A DNA stretch of 64,000 nt, taken from the human T2T-CHM13v2.0 reference genome, Homo sapiens. Shown here one piece after another: positions 46,626 to 64,000 of the stretch. The position numbers and the translations under genes were made by a program. How positions within the stretch are numbered: the first letter of the stretch is position 1; each line of letters begins with the position of its first letter. The stretch lies in the NCBI RefSeq assembly GCF_009914755.1, contig NC_060934.1, one strand, 5' to 3'. The notes under the pieces were generated by a model. That model searched no databases and was not told where the DNA came from. It saw nothing but the letters and a program-made list of their open reading frames with translations.

Positions 46626-46960
46626 AAAAGGACAAGGCTTTACCAACCCCCCTTTCAATGATAGAGAGAGAGAGGCAAAATATAGATATTATCTTCATAA
46701 CCGGGGCCCGAAAAGTCAAAGATCATGCAGTTAGTAAGCAGAAGTAGACCTGGCACTGGAAGCTGTCTGACCTCACATACGCTGCTCTCTTTTATGGCAC
46801 TCTGCCTTTTTAGGAGAGAACCTTGAGTTTGGAGAACTTAGGTATTCTCTGACTGACACAGCACCAACTACAGTGTCCAGCTCTTGTGCATTAAAGCTAA
46901 ATTTAGGCAATGGACTCATATCTGACAATGAGCATTGCTTTGTCAGGTTCACTAGATACC

Positions 46961-47256
46961 ATTTATTTATTTATTTGAGGTGGAGTCTTGCTGTGTTGCC
47001 CAGGCTGGAGTGCAGTGGTGTGATCTCGGCTCACCGCAACCTCCGCCTCCCCGATTCAAGCAATTCTCCTGCCTCAGCCTCCTGAGGAGCTGGGATTACA
47101 GGCACATGCCACCACGCCTGGCTAATTTTGTATTTTTAGTAGAGAAGGGGTTTCTCCATGTTGGTCAGGCTGATCTTGAACTCCCGACCTCAGGTAATCC
47201 GCCTGCCTCAGCCTCCCAAAGTGCTGGGATTACAGGCATGAGCCACCACACCTGGC
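46961..47256 (-). mobile_element. AluS, left member of a head-to-head pair
   Basis: Antisense dimer with Sp-type left arm. Confidence 0.93.
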
Positions 47257-47284
47257 GGTAGTAGTGATTTAAATGGTATCTAGT

Positions 47285-47620
47285 GGCCGGGCACAGTGGC
47301 TCATGCCTGTAATTCTAGCACTTTGGGAGGCCGAGACAGGCAGATCACTTGAGGTCAGAAGTTCGAGACCAGCCTGGCCAATATGGAGAAACCCCATCTC
47401 TACTGAGAAAATACTAAAAATACGCGCGTGGTGGCGCGTGCCTGTAATCCCAGCTACTAGGGAAGCTGAGGCAGGAATCTGGAAGGTGCTTGAATCTGGA
47501 GGGCGGAGGTTGCAGTGAGCCGAGATTGCGCCACTGTACTCCAGCTTGGGCAACAAGAGTGAAACTCCATCTCAAATAATAATAATAACAATAATAATAA
47601 TAACAACAACAACAAATAAA
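47285..47620 (+). mobile_element. AluS with (AAT)n(AAC)n tail, right member of the pair
   Basis: Sense dimer starting 28 bp from the previous Alu. Confidence 0.93.
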
Positions 47621-48260
47621 TCACTACTACCTTCTGATGAGGAGACACACTCCATCCTAACTATTGGGTTGTGAATAAGCTTATCAGTAAAGTCACAGTT
47701 TACCAATCTGTTTGATAATACTGGTTTATTGAGTCCATGATATGTTCCTAGCACTCTATTAGTTATAAAAGATACCTAAAGCACGACCACTATAGAACTT
47801 ACTATCTAATAGGGGAGAAAAGACTCAAATACATGATTCCAGCATGACAGCTCCTGTCGTGGAGATACATGCAGGATGCTATGGGCACCCAGAGGAAGGA
47901 CTTTGGGCCGAGAGTTAGTCACAGGCAGATATTGGTATTAATCATTATGTGGTAATATTTCCTGAACAAGAGCATAGGCGTTGTCAGGCAAAAATGTCTA
48001 GAAAATACTCAGTTGATTAATTTGATGGAGGAAAAATAACTTCTAAGGTAAAAATGAAATGTTTGTAAGTTATGAAGGTTACAGTTTCAGGCTGATAAGG
48101 AGTTTAGCAAAATTGCCTTAAACATTAATTCACTTGTGGAAATAATATGAGAAACAGAGTCTTACCATATTTTTCAACTGTGCATGTATTTTTTAATATG
48201 TAGTTATTTAGTATGATATTAATATTTTGTCAGTTATTATTTTTCTTTGAAGGTGATTTA

Positions 48261-50424
<2,164 letters not shown>

Positions 50425-51042
50425 TTAAATGGATACCCTTTCACATAAGTCTGTTTAAATTCATTAGTTGGGGCACTGGGGAACATTGGAGCTTGTTTTC
50501 CTGAGGAACCCGAGTGTTGGGGGCAACCTAGTATTCCACCCCATCTGGTAGAAGCTCTATAGGATGTGTTACGTAGGTCTCTTAAATATATCAATGCAAC
50601 TGTGACTAAAAAGTAGTTCTGCTTCAGTACTTGAATAGAAGTCCTTGATGGTTCTGGGCTGGAAACATATAGGGTGTGCTAATAAGGTTGGTAAGAACTC
50701 TGTATGTTGGTGATGTCATTGTGAAGTCAGTTGGTATATTTATTGCAGGGAAACTTGGAATTATTTCCTACTGATGAGTGTAAAGGAGAAAATATAATTT
50801 GGCATTTGTTGAACTACTTAACCATTCTCTTAAGCCAGTTTTACTAAGCTTTAAAATGTCAGTATTGCACCTGTTATATTATGAAACTTTATGGACATGA
50901 CTTGAGATTTCTCAGTGAAGAATTACAGGAAATAAAATTTTAAAAAATCAAAAGTGCTGGTTTCAGTTTTTATTTAGATTGTTACTTAAAACTTATAATC
51001 TAGCACAATGGGAGAGTTTTCAGGTGATAATAATTGTAGCTT

Positions 51043-52202
<1,160 letters not shown>

Positions 52203-52619
52203 TGTATTTTTCAATAGTCATATTTAATAAAATTTTTAAAGGCATAATTCAATTAATAAATGTAAGATGATGAGGGACCTGATACAGTTTCACCTTTCAT
52301 GTTTCCTATGACATCTCTTCAGAAGCGTTTGTTGAGCCACTGTATGCAGTGCACAATGCTGCTAGGCATTTGTGGACAATGCAAAGATGATGACATCTTG
52401 GCCTCCTGGGTGATCCAGGAATTTACAGCAATGCAATCCAGGTCCAGGAATTTACAATCCAGGAATTTTCGGGGAGAAAGACATTGCCAGTAATTTTTGG
52501 ATAAGCTGGTTCTTCTGGATAGATAAAAGGACATTGTTAAGAACCACTTGCTGGCTGGAGGTGGGGACTTCAAGGGGACTTCATTTTTTGAGAAGGACCT
52601 TAAAAGGTGGTAAGATTGG

Positions 52620-55113
<2,494 letters not shown>

Positions 55114-55648
55114 GATGATAAGATTTCAGCTGGTGGAGATAGGACTAGGAGAGGCCATTTCTCCTTGAGGGGATGGGAAAGCAAAGGTGAAGATGAGAGA
55201 ACAATGGGAGTGGGGCTGGAAACGTAAATTGGTTTAGAAGGGAAAGTTTTTGAGTGCTAGGATAAGTGATTTGAACTCTATGCACTAGGTAATTACATTT
55301 TCATTAACATTTATCAAGAATCTATTAAGCTAAGTCACTGTTTTTAATGTTAAGAAATCAAAGAATTGTTTTTATAGTTGTCCGACTTTTCACCAAAGAC
55401 AGCACCTTTCATAACCTTTATCTCAGGATTCCTTCCACGTCCAAGGTCCTGACTTTTGTCCTTGGAATTAAGCCCTAATAGGAGAGAACCATCTTTTTAA
55501 GACATTGACTGATTTCTCTGTTTAATTTTGATGCAGTTTAACACCATCTAATATAATCTGCCATTTTGAGCTATGTTAGGCTGGTAGATCGCTTACCTGG
55601 GCATTACTTGTTTGCTTCTCTGGAATCCTTAAAAGGATCACAATATAG

Positions 55649-57013
<1,365 letters not shown>

Positions 57014-57249
57014 TCATTTTATTTATTATATGCCACATTTACCCATATAACTACACGTGAAAAGTGAACCGAGTACTTCTATTCAGGAGGGATTCTCAAG
57101 CTTTTTGTAGAAGAGTAAATGGTGTTGTGCTTGTAACCCAGGAAGCTGCAGTCTGTATCTGGTCTATATCTGGAATATTTGCTGTAGTTAACACTCTCAG
57201 TCTGGTTGTTATTGAAGACAATGCAAATGTCCCATTCTCAGTAAAAGTG

Positions 57250-57985
57250 TGAGCCTTGATATCAGACATCTGGCTTTGAATTCTGGCTCCTTTGCTTAAT
57301 AGCTGCATAACACCAGGAAAGTTACTTTAGCTTATCTGTAAGCCTCAGCTTCCTCATCTTTTTGTTTGTTTGCTTTAGAGACAGGGTCTTGCTCTGTCAC
57401 CCAAGCTGGGGTGCAGTGATGTGAACATGGCTGACTGCAGCCTTGAACTTCTGGGCTCAAGGAATCCTCCTGCAGTGGCTTCCCAGTGTGCTAGGATTAC
57501 AGGCATGCGCCACTGCAGCTGGCCAGCTTCCTCATCTTTAAAATGAGAATAGTGGCTGGGTGTGGTGGCTCACACCTGTAATCCCAGCACTTTGGGAGGC
57601 CAAGGAGGGTGGATTACGAGGTCAGGAGATCGAAACCATCCTGGCTAACATGGTGAAACCCCGTCTCTACTAAAAATACAAAAAATTAGCCGGGCATGGT
57701 GGCAGGCACCTGTAGTCCCAGCTACTCAGGAGACTGAGGCAGGAAAATGGTGTGAACCCGGGAGGTGGAGCTTGCAGTGAGCCGAGATCACACCACCCCA
57801 CTCCAACCTGGGCGACAGAGCAAGACTCTGTCTCAAAAAAATAAAAAATAAATAAATAAATAAATAAATAAAATGAGAATAGTAATAATCTCTCCTAGGG
57901 TCATGAAAGGGCGAAATGAAATAATCCATGTGAAGAGCTCAGCACAGTGCCTGACGCATGCTACGTGCCCAGGAAAAGTAGTTTT
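57250..57985 (+). mobile_element. MIR interrupted by a deleted Alu (57362-57523, -) and AluY (57554-57872, +)
   Basis: MIR core gcctcagcttcctcatctttaaaatgagaatagtaata is restored on removing the Alus; TSDs cagcttcctcatcttt and aaaatgagaatagt. Confidence 0.88.
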
Positions 57986-58389
57986 TGAAAAACGCTGATT
58001 TTCTATTTGCACTTTATTGAAAACTTGGTGGATGCTTTGAATACTGAGAATTTCATTACCACTTTTTCAGTTCTAATGTGCATACTGTTGTACACTGGTA
58101 CCTACTGTGCAGATCATGACTGAAAGGTGTTTGAAAGGACAGTATTGTGAAATCTTTTGTCATTACGTTAATGTTATTGCAATAAAATAACAAATTTTTA
58201 ACTATTAAAAGTAATGCCATCTGTTTTTCTTCATCTGTGTTTTCACCACAAAGAGATAAAACTACTGTTGACATTTTGACATATCTTTTTTCCTCCAGTG
58301 CGTATTTATTTATCTTTTTAAAATTTATTTTTAACATAATTGAGATTACACCGGGTTGTAATTTTTGTTATGTCTTAAATTCAACAGAA

Positions 58390-58938
58390 TTTTATTTTAT
58401 TACTTTACTTTGTTTTTTGAGACAAGACCTCACTTTGTTGCCTATGCTGGAGTGCAGTGGCGTGTGATCATGGCTCACTGTGGCCTTGACCTCCCAGGCT
58501 CAAGCTATCCTCCCGCCTCAGCCTCCCGAGTAGCTGAGACTGTAGGTATGTGCCACCATACCTGGCTTTTTTTTTTTTTTTTTTTTTGAGATGGAGTCCT
58601 GCTCCGTCGCCCAGGTGGAGCGCAGTGGCATGATCTTGGCTTACTACAACCTCCGCCTCCTGAGTTCAAGTGATTCTCTGTTTTTTTTTTTTTGAGACAG
58701 AGTTTCGCTCTTGTTGTCCAGGCTGGAGTGCAATGGTGAGATCTTGGCTCACTCCAACCTCCGGTTTCTCTTGCCTCAGCCTCCCAAGTAGCTGGGATTA
58801 CAGGCACGCACCACCACACCTAGCTAATTTTTGTATCTTCAGTAGATACGGGGTTTCACCGTGTTGGCCAGGCTGGTCTTGAACTCCTGACCTCAAGTGA
58901 TCCAGCCGCCTCAGCCTCCCAAAGTGCTGGGATTACAG
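58390..58938 (-). mobile_element. Composite of three Alu pieces
   Basis: Three successive right-arm ends inside one TSD ttcaacagaatttta (58380, 58939). Confidence 0.85.
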
Positions 58939-59524
58939 GTGTGAGCCACCATACCTGGTTCAACAGAATTTTAAATAAGGCTGCACAGAAATATCCCATC
59001 AGATGGATCTTACCTCTGCGTTGTCATTCTCCATCAAATAATGTAACCTAAACCAGATAACACCATGCTCTGGTAATGTATCGTTGAGTAATTTGATTCT
59101 GCTGTCTTAACTGATACTTAAGCCTTCATCATGAGCCAAGAGATAGCTCTCATTTATGAGATGAAGCTGAGAATATGAAAAGAAAGAGGATTTACTTATG
59201 CTCAAAAATTTACTCTATTTTTGGCAATGCTCAGGCTATTTCTCTAGTAATTCACTTGAAGCACATGTCTTATAGAAATAAATATTTACATTTTTACAGA
59301 GGAAGAAATTAATGAAATGCTTTTCCTGTAAAATGGGGAATTTTACATTGTTTTTGGCTACTAGATTTAATATAGTGTGACTAGCTTAGCATTTTAATTA
59401 TAAAATTTCAAAATTAGGTTAAATTATGTGAAACTCTTGTTTTGAAAATATCACTCTTTCTTTGCAGTAGTTAATCTGAGAATAGTCAAATGGATTTTGT
59501 CATGGTGTAGGATAAGGTCACTTA

Positions 59525-59712
<188 letters not shown>

Positions 59713-59897
59713 GAAAGGTTGTCTAACGATACTTATAAAAAACAAACTTATGACTTGAAATAAGGCACTTACTTTTTTTAAAATGAAGAAAAATTCTACC
59801 TTGGTAATAAGAGAAGTGCAAATTAAAACAGCAAGATACCAGCTTTTGTGTAACAAATTAGCAAAAAAAAAATTTTAATGGTAAAATTCAGTGTTGA

Positions 59898-60135
59898 AAT
59901 GAGGACACATGGACAAAGGGTGGGGAACAACACACACTGGGGCCTGTCCCGGGGGGTGGTGGGGTAGGGAGAGCATCAGGATACATAGCTAATGCATGCG
60001 GGGCTTAATATCTAAGGTGATGGGTTGATTTGTGCAGCAAACCACCATGGCACAAGTTTACCTGTGTAACCAACCTGCACATCCTGCACATATATCCTGG
60101 AAACGTAAAATAAAATTAAATTTAAAAAATGATTA
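59898..60135 (+). mobile_element. Short older L1PA 3'UTR fragment inserted in an L1M relic (~59760-60560)
   Basis: gaacaacacacactggggcctgtc...gcagcaaaccaccatggcaca.gtttacct.tgtaac; degenerate TSD attcag..ttga. Confidence 0.85.
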
Positions 60136-60469
60136 AAGAAACATTCAGCATTGACCTGGGTATGAGGAGGTGGGTGCTATCACTGTGAGTGGGAATTGAC
60201 ACACCCTTTCTGGTAAATGCTTTTGTTTGGGATTCTTGTGATTATACTCCTAGTAGTCAACTTTCCTGAGGGCATGGTCTAACTCAGACACAGAGACATT
60301 TATCAAAGCATTATTCATACTAGAAAAATAGCAGAAACAATTCAAATGTTCAACAAAAGGAGAATAGTTAAGTCAATTTCAACATATCCAAATAATGAAA
60401 TATTACATAGCTATTAAATAATGCTTTCAAAGCATAATTAACAACTTGGGAGAATTCTCACAATATGAT

Positions 60470-60473
<4 letters not shown>

Positions 60474-60501
<28 letters not shown>
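60474..60501. repeat. (TG)n microsatellite
   Basis: Perfect TG run. Confidence 0.95.
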
Positions 60502-61992
60502 TTGTAGTATACCTATTTTACCATCAATATCTTTGCATAGAATAATTTTTAAAAGACTAAGGAGAAACAAAATGTGCTTTCAGATTTTTCCAAAATTTCT
60601 TCCGTGAGCATTTATCCTATAATCAGAAAGAAGTGAATAAACATTAGTGTAAAATAATGATTTTAAACAAATGGCCATGGTAGTTCACTTCAAATGGCTG
60701 GAGTTTTACTGTATGGATCACAACATATTGTACTTAATGGAAAAACTATTACTAGGAGCCATTCATTTTTTAAAATGACACATTATGTGTAGGTACATTT
60801 TCACATTTAGATGGGCAAAATTAAGTCCTGAGAGCTTGCATCTGAAATCATATGGCCAATCAGTTTAAGCGAACTCTAAACTTCTTTGATGAGAACTTTG
60901 GCACAATTTCATCAATTCTAGGAAAACACTTCTGCAGTACTTAATAAGTGATATGAGTAAGTAAAATGGGAAGAGGACTAAGTAAGTAGTTCCAAAAAGA
61001 GAAACCTTTTAAAAATGGAAAAAGGACAAACTTCCCTGTCCTTGACTTCTTCCCCTTCACCACCACCCCCTTTCCTTGGCCTAACTGGAACGCACAGTCA
61101 CATTAAGTGATGCCTTGCCCTTTGACTGACTCTCTCAGTAAAAGTTCAGATAGCCATCTAGTGGAAAGAAGACTCTTTAAGAATGACTTTCCTCCAGACA
61201 CCCAATATCATGTTTGTTCAGTTGGCTTGTCCAAACAATTTTTCTGTGTTTTCACCAGAGTAGTATCAACTTAGCATGAAGATTAAAGCTGTTCTCCATC
61301 TGCTTTATCTGCCGTTCTTAATTAGAACCTGATGACAGAAATCAACTTTGATTCAAGGCTGATTGTTCCCGGAGAATCTCATTATTATTGTAAACAGTTT
61401 TTATTTTTCTTTCTTTTTTTTTATTAAACACATTGATTCTGAGCATCTATATGGCAGAAGTGAGGGTAAAAAAATAATTTTCTTCATTTAATCGTGTATT
61501 CAGCATCTGCTCTGCTAGATGCCGTGGGGCATATTGAAGTTGCTTAAAGTCTGGTAGAGAAGATAAAGCATGCACAGAAATAGTTTTTAATACAAACTTG
61601 AGGTGATAAGTGCCCAAAGGGACAGGCACAATGTATGTGGAAATTCAGAGGAGCAGTTATTTCTCGTTAAGGAATCGTGTTTTCTGAGTTTTCTTTTAGA
61701 AATTAAACAGATGTGCATTGTTCTGATGGACTGAAAAAAAGAGAAACAAATGGTCCCTTGCTTTCACACTTTATTTTACTTTATGAGAAATTAAGAGGCA
61801 AATGTTTGTATATCAATCCCTTAGGCAAGTAATGGACTTTAGAGTGCCTTAATGGTTTTCAAAAAATAGTCTACAAATATTAAGTCTACACTCAGAGTCT
61901 GCAGTCTACCAACTTTAATGAAATGTAATTTTATGCATAACATAAAGTAATATTAAAAATTACTTGTAGAAATAGTTAATTGGGCTAATTAG

Positions 61993-62296
<304 letters not shown>

Positions 62297-62554
62297 TAGA
62301 TATTCTTAATGGGCAAATTGGGAGCCTAGTCTTGGCATCAGGTGTCCTGTATTTAATCAGTTGGCAGAGCTAGTTACCTGGACCACCTACTCAGCCTAGG
62401 AGGTGCTGTGATACAGCAGAGAAGACATAAACTTGGGCTCTGCTACTTGGTAGCTTTGGGCCTTGGTAAGTTTTACTTTGTCTTTCTATTCCTTGGTCTT
62501 CTCATCTTTAAAACACCTCCTAGGATTCTTGTTAGGATTAAATGAAATACTATA

Positions 62555-62956
62555 TGTTGCTTTGATTTGAGTGGATCCCCTCCAAAATTAACCTGTTGAA
62601 ACTTAATGGCTAACGTGATAGTGTTAAGCGAGGGGGTTGCCTTTAAGAGGGAGTTAAGGCCATGAGGGCTTCTCCCTCATGAAAGTGATTGAAGCCCTCA
62701 TAAAAGAGGCTTCACTCAGCACTTGGCCCTCCTACTCTTCTGCCCTCTGCGGTGTGAAGACACAGCGTTCCTCCCCTCCAGAGGATGCAAGGCGCCATCT
62801 TGGAGGCAGAGACCGTGCCCCTCACCAGACACTCAGCCTGCCCGCGCCTTGATCTTAGACTTCCCAGCCTCCAGAACTGTGAGAAATAAATTTCTCTTCT
62901 TTACAAATTACCCATTCTGTGGTATTCTGCTATAGCAGTACAAACTGACCAAGACA
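62555..62956 (+). mobile_element. MaLR MST-type (MSTD-like) solo LTR inserted in a MIR
   Basis: TG...CA ends; ccttgatcttagacttcccagcctccagaactgtgagaaataaatttctc motif; tata flanks. Confidence 0.85.
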
Positions 62957-64000
62957 TATATGAAGCACCTGACACACAGCTCTCTATAAATAATGCTTCT
63001 TCCCTGCTCTGTCTTGACTTGTTTGAAGGATCAGCAGTTAACAATGAACAGTTTAAAATGATCTCAGTATTCTTTCTTTTTCCTCTTGAGGGTGAACCTC
63101 TTAAATTGGGCTGGCTTATAGTTCCTAAAATCACAGCTGTTTGATATAGACGGGGGATTATTTGAAAGTCTGAGTCAAAGACGAGAAGTAGGAAATCAGT
63201 TTTTCCCCGGCTGTCGTTGTGCGCCTCCTTCCAGGGGAGTAATCAGCTCAGACTATCTCAATAGTTAATACTTGCTGTTCTACTCAAAATTGAACTCACT
63301 AAAATCTCAGTGATTTCTTCATTGAAGATTGCCAGTAGATGGCTTTTAATTCCCTGTAGTGTCTGCTTTACTGTTTTCATGCTTGTTTTTCTAAAGTCTT
63401 GAGTCAGCGTCTTTATCCTTATCAGTGTTTGGCCTTTGTCTACTCTATCTCTGTAAATCATTTGTAGGAGGGTTAAATTCCATCTGACGCAAATTGTGAT
63501 TTTAAAAATAAATTGCTTTGTCCTACCATCTCTGAAAATAAAAGCAGATAATTTTCCTAAGTCACTTATTTAAGAAGTAGCACAAGCTAAATGCCAACCA
63601 CTTGAAGTTGTAGACTTGCTAGACTTTTTTAAGCTTCAAGGTCTCTGTGTTTTCTGTTTCAGGTAAAAATGGTCAGGACTAAACAGTTCTTCAGGGGAAA
63701 AAAAAAATAGGGTCTTTGTCACAGCTGAGTCTTCATCTTAACCAAGATTTTTGCCAGAAAGCCTTTCCTTCTCTTGGAATTTTATGCTGGTTGAAATTTG
63801 GGTTTAGTTGAAGTATAAGGAGCTGTATTTCCTTATGTCTGGTTAAGTTCCACTGTCTTTTCCACTTGCAGATTTTATATTCAGTTGTCAAATTTGCTTG
63901 TGCTCAGCATTGAACGTGATTTCTGTACTTGTATGATTAAACTGGAAAAATCTGGAATAAATAAACTGGAATAAATAAACTAGAACTGTTTTCTGAAATT

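Noticed and set aside
63663-63682. Canonical CNNM2 exon 2
   Set aside because: Begins GK like exon 2 but continues NGQD-stop instead of SHLAIV.

Overview
Primate (human-like) genomic DNA, very Alu-dense, with no prokaryotic features. It contains the 5' end of CNNM2 (cyclin and CBS domain divalent metal/Mg2+ transport mediator 2) on the + strand. A CpG-island promoter (~15.3-16.2 kb) precedes a large first coding exon (ATG 16258 to donor at 17878) encoding the signal peptide, extracellular domain, DUF21/CNNM transmembrane domain, CBS1 and the start of CBS2. About 46 kb of intron 1 follows; exon 2 is not in the window. A short alternative terminal exon at 25122 gives a 552-aa isoform ending EHTNKKPKSYQH. 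From memory, not checked, this is the 10q24.32 AS3MT-CNNM2 region. The rest is Alus, MaLR/ERVL LTRs, a 5'-truncated L1PA5-like element, old L1M/L2/MIR and DNA-transposon relics; nearly all other listed ORFs are repeat artefacts. I see no new gene system. The most interesting observations are: (1) an overlapping uORF covering the weak annotated start, ahead of two strong in-frame AUGs; (2) an Alu-derived AATAAA downstream of the truncating exon; (3) an Alu-Alu inversion at ~47 kb revealed by swapped target-site duplications (TSDs), with an un-inverted counterpart at 57.5 kb; (4) a templated plus snap-back insertion in an Alu at 38.8 kb; (5) a candidate recursive splice site or terminal exon at 63.66 kb; (6) a nested LTR cluster with an MLT2A1-like LTR and a VNTR upstream of the gene. 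Repeat boundaries and subfamily calls were made by eye and are approximate.
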